This document shows, in pieces, positions 35,000 to 47,139 of a stretch of 64,000 nucleotides of DNA. The stretch's first letter is position 1. Each line of letters starts with the position of its first letter. Below the pieces are notes generated by a model, which saw only the letters and a program-made list of their open reading frames with translations, was not told where the DNA came from and made no database searches. Source of the DNA: Fimbriosthenelais zetlandica (Eukaryota); the NCBI GenBank assembly GCA_977030845.1, contig OZ365112.1, positions 17,856,001-17,920,000 on the forward strand, written 5' to 3'. Both the position numbers and the translations under genes were made by a program.

Positions 35000-37599
35000 T
35001 TAAAGAGTAAATCTTGGGATCTTGTGTTCTGGACAACGAGGTCTCGGCACAACGCTTTCACCACATTTCTTCCTGTCCCTAAGCGACACCTCAGGGTTCA
35101 GTTACTAGTCCGGACAGTCTTCTCGTATAGTTCTCTGATCATTAGGGTGATACATAGCCAGAATAGTGGAACATGAGACACCGTTATAACGTGGTTATTA
35201 AATGAAAGACTGCTGGCCACAAACTAACATCTGTAGATTACCAATTATATTAACCGGGACTGAGCATACAAGAACAGGGGCAAACTGGGTGGCCCTGAAC
35301 TTGAAAGGAAACCATAATTAAACTTCAGAACATTTAATTACTACACCGCATACCCTTAATCCCATAGGAATTCATTTTATACATTCTGCATATATATAAA
35401 TATATGTTCTTACCAAAGAAAACTTTTATAGGGTCGCAGGTCTTATATGTCTTTCACCCCTGCACCTCCATGTAGAGGGCTTTGAGTGTATAACTCATAT
35501 TTCCAGGCCAAATAGTCCATGCACTTATCTATAGAAAACCACCCCAATTAAATTTGCTATCTCTGTATATGAATATAATTTCTGAGTCACTGGGAAGGTA
35601 ACATGCGAGTTTGTGATGCATGGATTGAGTTGTGGGTACAGTATTATCCCTGCACTAATAGTTCTCATACAAAATGCCTTTTGGTAGATATATAGCAGTA
35701 CTGGACATAATATATGATATAAAACCATATACCGACACATAATATTATCTGCTCTACCACACGATTCTAAATGTCCCATTTGAAGGGATATATTATAGGC
35801 TGAGAGCATAGAACGCTTGGGGGTTTTTAAGCTGCACTCAAGCCGGTTTCATTTATGAACGTGACAAGCAATTAAAACTCCAGGAAGTGGGGTACGCGTC
35901 CATATGTATACTTTGTTATCTGAGTTTCAATCAGTATTATCTCCTTGCTTCAGGCTTATTTGAAATTACTTGGTTATTCGTGTGATCACCGTCAGTGCTT
36001 TATGAATTGAATCGGTTTCTCCACATTGTCTCCACATAGGACAATCCGTTATCCTGTCATGATTACACCTGTACTCCCCACCTGTTTCACTTTAGTATGA
36101 TTGACATTTTGTATGATTGAGGATAATACCTATACTCTATACATATACCTCATTATTTACAGATCACTTAAAAGAGATGTGTGAATTTTACTATACGTGA
36201 TAAGTTTCATGTAAACCGGGAGAGTTGATTGCTTTAAGTTTAAGTATGTGATAAGGGTGAGTGACTTCCATACACAGGGAGAAAGAATCCCTGTGACTGA
36301 TCGAGACATCCCCTTACTCTTCCTCACAGCCTGCTGGGTTAGTGATAACACCAAATCTTATTCTCAATGAAAAAGTTTGTAAAAACAGAGTGACAAAACC
36401 AACTGGCTACTTTCTACATATAGGTGATGATTGCCTACCTTAGGTTCCTTCCTGTACTGTTATTTAATCTCGTTTTCACGGAGAAGACAAAGTTTTAGTA
36501 AGCCATGCCGGCTAGTTGTTGTGTGGGCACAAAATTCCACCTGGTATCAACTTAAATACACTGCAGCACAGGGTGGTTTGGAGAGATAATAATCCTTTGT
36601 TTCCTGAGGCGATCTTGTCAGATAAAATCCTGGTTTGCTATGACTGTTTTATTATTTTTTGTAGTAAAGTAGTAATCATTCCATGTGTGGTGAAAGAAGG
36701 TGGGCCTGTATATGAACCCTGCGTACTCCTATCTCTCACTCTGCCCTCTCTCTCACACACACATACACCGGTCCTCCTTCCCCACTGATCTTCCGATCAA
36801 TGACTCGCTCACTACTTCATTCACTGATCTTGTTCCTACTGGGGGTATCAGGACAACGTGAGCGCAGTAGAGTTGACAGTCTTTCCCTGAATTATACGCT
36901 CCCATATATGGAGGGATCACTTATAAGTCGCTTTCCACTGAACATTCTATGAAATAACTATGCCATGTTTTTAATTATGAATTATGTTTCCCTGTTTAAA
37001 AAACTTTGAATAATATATTTTAACTGATGTTTTATCTGTGTACGCATGCAAACCTATTTAATCGAGGTGGTGTGATCGTATACATGTCCCATTTAAATCT
37101 GTGATTTCAGGAAGTTATCTTATTAGACTACCTGCAAAGTACATGTAGTGCCTGTCACCATTCCTTTTATTCTTTATAATTCGAATGTAATGCACATTTG
37201 AAATGCATTGGCACGCTTTCAGTTTAATGTGTTGTAATAATCATTTGCCATGGGGGTTTTTAAGGATCACGACTAGGCTCATCCTACTGGGCCTACTTAT
37301 CACGATGTCTTGGCAACACTTGATTCCCCATGACTTTTGTCACCTCAGCCTGCTAGTCATGACCTTAGACTAGGTATAATTATAATAGTCAGCATTGACC
37401 AATACTAGTAATACCCCTTCAGTAAGTAAGTCAGGGATACCCAAGTCTGTCCCCGGATTAACATAGTTTGGGATTGCGTCTTGATGGAACAGGCAGTTTT
37501 AGTGCTTCAGTTAATTTGCCTACAGATGCATGTTATCCATGTTATCACGGGAAGCTAATGGTATAAAACCCATATAATTAACCCATGTAATTCCGATAA

Positions 37600-38560
37600 T
37601 TTGTTAATGATTGACATCTGCAGTATGCAACTTCCCTGTTCAATAAACGATATATAGGACTTCCTGCTGTGCATAGCTAGCTGTGCGCCCCACAAGGTAT
37701 GTACATGTATTGAGGACATTTCGGCGGCCACAGAAACCGAATGAAGTTTTTCTGGCCAGATTTGTCTTACATCCCTTGTTGTACAATGCCAACCATCTCG
37801 GTCCATATATGTTTTTGAAATTATCGGATGAGTAATTTTTTATTTTTTTCCTGATCATAGGGGTGTAGAATCATTGAAGCCCCGCTGTTTGGGCATGAAG
37901 AATGCATAACGGTTTATTTGTATCTTATGAAGGAAACCTTGATATTTCCATCAGTTCATCCAGAAATTTTAATGATTTCAATATTGTGCAGTCTTGTAAA
38001 TTTATGTGTTTCGTAAGGTTTTGGCTGGCCATTAAGATTACCATTCACACAGCGCGCGTTACGGATGGGGTAACTGTCATGAGTAAGGTGGCCTCAGACG
38101 TGGGCTACTGGGTTCATAATAAGTGGGGTGAAAGGAAACTAGGTGCCGGTATGTGGAAATTGTTCCGTGTTAAAATTCATGAATGAAAGCTATCTGAAAG
38201 TGCTTACAAGTCTATTTGACTATGCACTAAGGATGTCTGACTTATAATGACCACCTTTCAGTTTTTGTATTTTAATCTGAGTGAAATAGTTTCATTTTAT
38301 TGATTTGACTATAAGCACTGCCTATATGATAATAATCGGAGGTAATTTTAATGTCCATGCGTTTCAAGATTCAGATCTACCAAAATGAAGCACAGCAACA
38401 CGAATCTGCATTTTCTGTACGATATTTCTTTCATATTTTGCCTTGAGTTTTGTGTTGTATGATCTACACGAGCAGCAAGTCTTTCAGTATTGATGTGCTT
38501 GTGTGGCTTCATAACCTCTTCCTCAGTCATCAGGTCATACTTTGGATGGGGTTACATTGT
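37600..38560 (-). mobile_element. Decayed hAT-superfamily transposase relic
   Basis: In correct order: LETHGH (LxxRGH-like), KFLDELMEIS (first catalytic Asp context), GM*DKSGQKNFIR...QYMYIPCGAHS*L (CxxH motif); many stops and frameshifts. Confidence 0.5.
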
Positions 38561-41500
38561 TCCTTGAATAAAACTCGATATCCACATTGAACAGATGAGG
38601 AGGGATGCAATAGAGCCCCATGTAGCTTTCCATTCATGACTTACACACAATGCGGCAAGAAACCCATTGTGTCGTCAATGTAAAGCATGGAGGTGACATT
38701 AATACTATACTATGTGTGACCAGATAGATAGCTTACTATAGATAGTATTATACATATACACAATTATCTGGTAAAATATTGCGAGTGAAGTGAAGAAGAT
38801 ATTTAAGGTCAATGACCATGATGTTATCATCATGTGTCCAAACTGTATCAGGTCAGGTACACTGGGACATGATGAAGGTGGTCACGGGAATGTAGTCTCG
38901 ATCCTGACCAGTACCTGCCCGCTTTGCATGCTCATGTGGTTTCACTGCTTGCTTTCTTGATAACCAAAGACCATTGCTATTTTATGGCAATTGTCAGGGT
39001 CATAGTCAGGTCAGCAGAAATACCCGAGTGTGCAGCATCACTGCTAGAGCGGGGATCAAAAGCATCGGGGATCGAAATAGGGGCTAACCAGATTCGCCTC
39101 GCAGAGTGGGAATACAAATCAGCCGATTGTGAATCATACAACATTTTATTCCCATTCAGAATTTAAACTTTATTGCTATTTGCTAATCTAATGAGAAACC
39201 TGGTAATTCCAACCGTGCCGGCTGATCCATGGGATTTTCAATCGCAATGTCACGTCACTCCCTTCTTTTCGAAAAACTGTCTAAGTGTGCAGACCTGCTG
39301 GTTTGTGTAGAGCAGGGGTGAATACCTTACGTGTTACACTTGCATGTATCCTCTACATTTCTATTTCTTTCAAGACAATGAAAGACACCGCTATTCAACC
39401 CCTCGATGACCCGGACTTAACTGACCTAGGCCTGTTAAGTTCGAAAGGTGCGTTTCTCCACCTTAGCTGTTACCCCGGCTTTCCCTATACAATGATGACC
39501 TCATACTTCCTGATTATATTAAATGTGGTCTGATGAGTGAAAATTCAAAGGTTTTTCCATGCATTTGTTAAGGAAATCCTCATAGTTTTTTTAAAAGGAG
39601 GTTGTCCTCGAAAGAGCTTTGTAGGCAGATCAGGATGTATGCAGGATGGGCCTACATGCACGTTCATGCACAAGAAGAGATTCTACTTGGAAAGAGTTCT
39701 GCCCCCCCCCCCCACCTCACCACCACTCTCCCTAAACCTGTACTAGCCCATGCTCATGTTAACCGTTTTTCAGTGGCTTAGTCTCATAACTTAGATAACT
39801 AGACCTATTATGGGAATAAGAATTAGGAGACGCTTCATTTTTGTGAACAAGCAAGTAGTTCCCTTTCTCCCTTTTGTAAATCAATACAGAAAAGGTCTAC
39901 TAGATCTTGCCACGATCTAGTAGGCCACTTAACAATGTTCCATCACCCATAACGCCCTACCTGACTCTCCTAGTAAGCTCATTTCCTTCCCTTGCCATCA
40001 TTCCTCAGCCTATTATTATGCAGTACTTCCCAAACCCATCACTTCTGGGTAGACCTATAGAATCCTTATGAGAGGCTATTTTCTACTATATAATGCTCTC
40101 TTTAACATTGAGCTTTTATATGTGTCCCCATGGTTTTTCAAATGGCCTGATTGCACTGTAGAATCATTCGAACGCCTTGCCAAAGAGTTTATAATAGCTT
40201 GAAGGTTTAAAGTAAGACATGTGGGAGAATTTTTTGAATGTGCCGTTCCAAGTGTGTCCTAAACCATGTGTCACATCATAGCTTCATATCTTCATATCTT
40301 CAGAAGTATCTTGATCTTTTCGCATTAATTTATAGTGTGAAAATTGCAGATCCTGTAGATTTGGCTTGTCTCACTTGGTTTAATCACCAAAGAGTCACTA
40401 CTTCTATAGGCATATTTCTTTCCATACACGCATCGCAATCTTGCACTACTCCTAGGAGCAGGATTGCAATGTGTGGATGAAAAATTACATAACTTGATTT
40501 TTTGTGCATCTCTTTTTCTCCCTCAATTCACAAGCTAGTAACTCTTGGGTGATTAAACAAAGCGAGACGCGCTATACAGCGCATGCTGGCGGTTTAAAGA
40601 ACCCCGGTCAACCGAGTCAATCATTCGTCATATGCTGTGTATCTGGTGGATAGATATAGATAGAATATAAAGGTACATGGCTAACAGGTCGTGATGCATT
40701 GCCTAATTGGGTCTTCCGTGCTTCACAGTGCATGCATTTTCGCATGTGCATCTCCATGACAACCGGTTGGGTAAATGCCTGTATAGTTGTCCCTGCCCCT
40801 TCTCTTTGTACCTAATGCTTCTAGGGGGATAATTACTGCTTTCTACCAGATATTATTGTTAATACCTTCTACCACGGGATAATCAAATACTCTGTATTTA
40901 ATTGTTTCTGTTTATTTATCAAGAGCCATTTAATGTATTATTCTTCTTAATCTAAGGGGAAGTTATTTTACTTAATTTAGTCACATGACGTTAAAGTGGA
41001 AGAATAGTAATGATTACTTTGCTAGGAAGCCACTTCCAAGTGACAAAAGAAATTCAAACATATTTAGTGCAACTTCCAAAGTATTGCAAACAAATTACAT
41101 GGGAGCATATCCCTTCTGACCATTCATGGAAGCTTGAAAAAAGCTAGGTCAGCTAGGGTGTGATTTATCGGCCATTTGTTGGTAAGAATGTAGGTTGCAC
41201 ACCCAGTCAGCAATTAAGCAATTTTGCGTTTTTGTATACATGGCTTATCAGTTTCACCACAGGGATAGAAAGGCTTTTCTCCTGATAATTTTCTTTCAGT
41301 CTGGGGTATTGCAAATCAACATCACGACTCGCTTAACAAATCGTGTTGTAGTGATGTTGTAAATAATTATTTTTGTCTACAGGACTATGCTGGGGGTAGA
41401 GGGTGTTAGAACTGACCATGCATGGTCAGTTCTAACAGTGTAGAGCGATATATCATGATATACATTCTACTCCTACTTTATACACTTCCGCACGAACAGG

Positions 41501-41670
41501 AGAATTTGTTTCTCTCTCTTCAACTTCAAAATAATACGGATTCTAAATCAAAATCATTAAACCCATGTGGTTCTCCTAGCTAAAGACTTTGTGCTAAGAT
41601 ATTTTCCTATGTAGTTCTGACCTTAGGTAGTTGATTTGACTACAAAAAAAGCTGGCTGATGTCTCAGTAG

Positions 41671-41905
41671 AGATAAGTCACCCCAGTCAAGGGGCAGCCA
41701 TCTTTTAGCAAGTTGATGTCACATGATGTTGGTTAGCCAATCAGAATAAGGAAAGTTTGGATGCATTACCGTTTTTATACACAGTGGGTACCATCTAACA
41801 GTCCAGTCTCTGATTGGCTAACCATCACCATGTGACATCCTGTGACATCAAACTTGGTAAAGATGGCTGACTTTCATGAATCTCTTGCTCTGGGGTGACT
41901 TATCT
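41671..41905. mobile_element. Palindromic MITE-like element, ~235 bp
   Basis: 16-bp perfect terminal inverted repeat AGATAAGTCACCCCAG / CTGGGGTGACTTATCT plus an inner ~50-bp imperfect inverted repeat (CAGCCATCTTT...TAGCCAATCAGA / TCTGATTGGCTA...AAAGATGGCTG). Confidence 0.7.
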
Positions 41906-44900
41906 TGTTTAGGAATTGATTTCTCTTTACTGAGCCATCAGCCAGCTATAATTTGTAGTGGAATCCACTATCTAAGCTCAGGACTACATCGGAAAATAAC
42001 TTTGCACCAAGTTTTTAGCATTCCTTTAATGGTGGGAAGTGTAAAATCCCAGAGGATATGAAAAGTTTGTATTCCTGATTCTGCATCTTATAAAGAAATG
42101 CAAATGAAAATGCAAAGTATGGCCATTGAGAGTAGGAAATGAAAGCCATAGATTAAATCAGCACCAGTTTGGAAATAATTTAACTTTAAAATGTGACTTC
42201 ACAATTCATCGAGGTAGGACATTTCATCCGGACTAGATTCTCCATTAAATTATGGTAAACGTCTAGATGGAAAGTCGCTGTAGTGTGAATTAAAATAACT
42301 GTTACTCTTAAAATTGTCCACCATCTATACCTTTCTTGATCTATTGAGAAATAGAGAGCTCCAATATTTCACAACGAGCTGGGAATGTTTTAAGGTAAAG
42401 CACTGTGCTCGCGCCATATCAAGCCTCTACAACTAGACGAAATCTTACCCTCTGACCCGACTGGGCCCGTTTTTATGACAAAGATGTACTAGATTAGTCA
42501 ATTACTATATTAGTCAATTAATTATATGAGGCAGTGTGGTGCATCGTACTTTAAAAATACATCCTAGAAATCCCATATCCATATCTTGTAAGATGTCTTT
42601 CGATTGTTATTTCAGTTTAAGTAATTGTATGTTATTTTAAAACTATACTGTCCATCCCTTTGTCACGATACTTAACGCTTGAGTAAAGAGAAGGACAGTC
42701 ATCCCTTTGACTATTGTGGGAATCTGAAGATGTGGAGTTGTGTAATATTTGAATCGTGCGCGGACATGTAATCGTGATGAGGAATGTAGACATCCTGAGA
42801 CTTCATCGATCAAGGGTTTTTTTCAATATTTTTTAAGATTATTTACTCTAAACAGTGATTTCTCGTGACATAACATACCCTGAAGGTGTACGACGTTATA
42901 CGACGTCTCCTAAGGTCGGACGTTATGCTTGAAGGAAGATTTTCATAAGACTGTACACATATCTTAGAAGTTTTTGACAAAGAAAGCCCGTTTAGTTGCC
43001 ATGGCATTTATCGGTTGTCCCATATTATAGTAGCGGTAGCTTAGGATCACTGAACAGTGAGGTATATTGTATTTGGTGTACTGTATTGCATGATCCTGAT
43101 TATAGACATGTTGAAAATGAATCGAGTTATCAATTCAGCGTGATTACCCTATAGACTTAAACTTCTTTTTAACAAAATGTATACTGGTTGACAATTCTTC
43201 TGGTGAAAATTTACATTTGTACTAGATTTAAAAACATAGAGATGAAAATTCTACCTTTATGTCATTTAAAGGGAAGAGATAATTATAAGTTTTAGCGCCT
43301 TGGGTACAAGTAGCGGCACGATTTGGAGGCACTAACCGGAGCGAGACTCACAGTAAATACTCCAAAAGTAAACACTTGTGAATGTCTCTGTACCTGGAGT
43401 AAGTTTCTCACCTCCTCCAGGCTACATGTAGAGAGAATACTCTTACAGGAGGAAACATTGAATTAATCCCATGTGGGTCAGCTTTAACACTAATTGTATT
43501 ATGGCGACGTATACATATATACGACCAATTTACTTCTTCTTCAATTAGGGTTTCCCCTCGACTTCATTTGGACTTAGAATGTATCCAAAGGTTTGGCAAA
43601 CCACAATATTGTCCAATATTTGTAACTGATAGAGATACACATTTGGCATAGGAGGAATAATTTCTGCTAGAATCACTCAGAAGAAGAGGTTATGTTACGC
43701 ATATGATCATTTCACAAAAAGCTACCTGAAACCCTTCTCAGTACAGCATGGCAGACTTGTTTCATCATTATCTGTAGAATTGATCACCTTGTTGAATGAC
43801 CAGTGTTGATTCAGTTTGTTGCCAGTCCCACCCATATTCTTGATATTAATGAGGCAATCGAGCTGCCTTTTTTATACTGACCTAAATCACCTTTGACTTG
43901 TATACAATGTGTGTTTTCACAATTGAAGATTGTGTCACACTGAGAATTCTCTTGTAAAGGATCTGATTTTTTTTACATTACCTACAAAAAACCACCAGAT
44001 TAAGTCAACGTTTACCGCCTGAAAATCCAAATGAGATCCTAGCTTTGTTTAATTCAATGTACTAATAGATAATACCTGTATGGCATTGCCCAAAACAGGA
44101 GGAATATTTGCTTTTAGGTCAGTCATACTCAGAAACTCCAGTAATATTAATTATTTGTATTGATTTTCTCATTTCAGCCATATCCATTTACACCTTTACA
44201 CGAGTGATCTTAACTGTGCAGCCGGTGTTAACCTTCAACATTGCAAGTTAGTTCAGAAAGTTGAAAATAAAGGTAAGAAATTTCAAGACCATTCTATTAT
44301 ATTGGAAGGTGTATGCAAAAATATCTAAGAGAAGAACTAGTTATTTCTGGGAGAAAAAATCCACCTGGTAAAGCTTCCTCGGTCATGGTAGAGAGCGTGC
44401 CTCGCGGTGTATATGTTCAGATATGAACCACTAGCAGTGTGCTGACACCGTGTGTACGACTGAAGAACTGGAACCTCCTGGGGTTGATCTTGAAACGGTT
44501 GTTCCATTTTCTTGAAGGCAATAATTATATATATTTACTCGTCTTCACCTATGAACATATATAATATATATAATTATATATATTGGACTTTTTAGTTGTT
44601 ATAATGTTAAAAATTGCAGGTCAATCGCATACAGTTTAAGTTTCATTCTATATAATTCATCATTCCCAAAACGGATATCCACAGTTTTTCAAGACGTGCT
44701 ATAGAATATCTCACGTCGTGACTTAGCTTTTGGATTGGGGAAACTTAAGACCGCCCATTACACAATGGAAAGAATCCAAAACGCGATATGATAAGAAAAG
44801 ACGGGGAGGAGATTTGCATTGATTAATTCCTAGTTTATTTGATCATATCAGCAGGGCATCTGAACCTTTATTTCTACCTCATTGACATTTTGCAACAAAA

Positions 44901-46470
44901 ATGCCATATCTGTGAATATTGTATTAAGTATTAAAGGGCTGGGATTTGTGTGGTTGGATCATAGTAGGTATATGGATGCTAGTCTGTATGATAAGCCTCG
45001 CCTCACCAGGACAGATACTCATATACATGGATGCTATAGATATAGTTGTCAAACCATGAGACAGAGGGAGGCACTTCATCTTACGGTACCTGAATTATGA
45101 CTTGCTATATACCTTGAGGGCATTGCAATTGCTTAGCAAGGGCGTTACAAAGATGATGAATGTGAAATTCGCACCACAGAAGAGGGCAAAGTTGATATAC
45201 ATGTCCTTATTAGACATTAGAAATGAGAATGAATTAGAAATTCGCGTGCTAAATTTCCATGTTTCTTATAGGGACACTATATTATATGTACATGTATACA
45301 CCTAGATGTAATTTTTAATCTGGTATATTATAAATTCGTGCTCCTCCCCTGCTACCACCTGCCCTCCCCGCCAGCAGCCTTTACCTTTCCTGTACATTGA
45401 ATGAAGCTATAGGATACAACCATCCATCAGTGCAGGTCATCAGGTCCACATGGTCCGAGGACAGCAGCCCAGGGCAGATTTCTTAGTCAGGTGAAAACTT
45501 CTCAAAAAGCTTTCTTGTCGTTTCCAAGTACATTTTTAAGCTGGACGACGATGAAGAAAATTGAGCCCAAATATCATGTCTGTATGGATGAAGTATATCC
45601 ACTGAGACCCACTGTGACATTCCTACTCAATACTAAAACCTGTAATTAGTTGACATACCTGTTGGCAGATAAATCATGGGTTCTGTCGCAAGACCGTATA
45701 GAATGGTATAGCTTGTACTTTTACACCTGAGAAAAATCTAATTATTCCCTCCTAATAGAAGGTCTCTTCACATGGTCCTCTAATTGTACGTTCTTGACAT
45801 ACTTTGACAAGTATTTTTCCCCACTGGGTTTTCTGTGGATGTATTGTATCAACTTTTCATTTTATTCCCTATCACTTGGCTTGATAGTCTATCCTTACTA
45901 TGGGGGCTATAGTTAACCTATGGGAGGGGTAATTTAGTGGTTGAGGAGGGGGTGATCTATGAGACTGGTAGTGGGAGAGAAACTGGGTTCATTTACCGTT
46001 ACCTTGGTTACCTAGGGTTCACCTCTGTTACTTGCATGATGACAATAATAGGACTAATGTGGTTGGCCTGGTAATCCCCCCACCCACCCCTCCACGCACT
46101 AGCAGATTTTGGCCTGCCAGACAGATCGTCTGGGGAGGCCATGGTCACACATTTTTAGATGATCACCCCAGCAATTGATCTTCACCATAAATCTATAGAA
46201 ATTGCATTTTTCCAAGCATTGTAGTTGCCATAAACATCAGAGAGACCAAACCTAATGTCATAAAGAAACTTAAATAGGACATTCACAATGTAGTTAAAAT
46301 GACTGACACGCTGTGTCTAACAAGCGTCAAGCTCGAAGAATTGAAAAATTTTCATGGAATGATGGCGAGTTATTGGGGCATAGACGAGAAGGTCAGGAGT
46401 GTGGAAAGAAAATTACAAAATTGATTTGGATAGTTTGTTGATATTTATAGCCATCAGCTCTTTCTGCTCC

Positions 46471-46508
46471 CCAGACATACACAATTACCTCAGCCCATTA
46501 TGTGTATT
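46471..46508 (+). promoter_or_regulatory. Candidate Smad plus FoxH1 element about 320-350 bp upstream of the nodal ATG
   Basis: CCAGAC at 46471 and TGTGTATT (FoxH1 consensus TGT[G/T][G/T]ATT) at 46501; motif match only. Confidence 0.3.
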
Positions 46509-46826
46509 TGTTGAGCTCTGATCCTAGTTGTGATTTAAGGAAGCTTAATGTACCTCCTAGCCTGGGAGAAGGGAACAGCTAAAGCCCTCTCTCACGCTAT
46601 TTGACCGTCTATAGTGCAGTTTCCTAGTCTACCGATTCAAATGCCCCCAGCAAAACCGCAATTGCTTTGTGACCGACTTTGCCACCGACCTTTACACGCC
46701 TTTAACTCAGTGGCAACTGCTCTGTGCAGTGATTGTATGCGTGCGTACGTATGTGTGTACGAGTGTCCCATCACCACCCTCCTCTCTGACACCTGTACAC
46801 ACTTATCCCAGGCATATCGCCGCAGT

Positions 46827-47139
46827 ATGCTGTGGACATCACATGTATTGCTGTGCTGCGGGATAATATTTTGCGTTGCCATGGCGAAATCGAAGGAAGT
46901 GCATGATTCATATAATATATCTTCTGGAGGAAGAGATGTTGTATCCAGGGACGCTGTGTCCTCCTCCTCATCACGTGACATGCTGGAGGAGGAAGTGAGG
47001 ACGCATGGTAGCGACCCTAGGCGGTCAGCGGTCAATTTTCTCTTCAATCTTTACCGGAAGTTGGAGTTAGAGGCTGAGGGCGCTGACCACCGATTTCTGG
47101 CCACACCTGGTCAGGTCATTCGTGCCCTTACACCTAGAG
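46827..47139 (+). CDS. nodal: nodal exon 1 (signal peptide and N-terminal prodomain)
   Basis: ATG followed by a hydrophobic stretch; donor AGAG|GTAAGT, phase 1. Confidence 0.88.

Noticed and set aside
44390-44520. tRNA gene or tRNA-derived SINE head (TGGTAGAGAGCG A-box-like)
   Set aside because: No B-box (GTTCGA) at a suitable distance and no cloverleaf.
46216-46228. 13-nt match GCATTGTAGTTGC to mature miR-33, a known ABCA1 regulator
   Set aside because: The 5' seed base and the 3' end differ, and no complementary arm for a pre-miRNA hairpin is present on either side.
46614-46826. N-terminal extension of nodal suggested by the 178-aa ORF call
   Set aside because: The call starts at a non-ATG codon and the extension has no signal-peptide character. 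The ATG at 46827 directly precedes a typical signal peptide.
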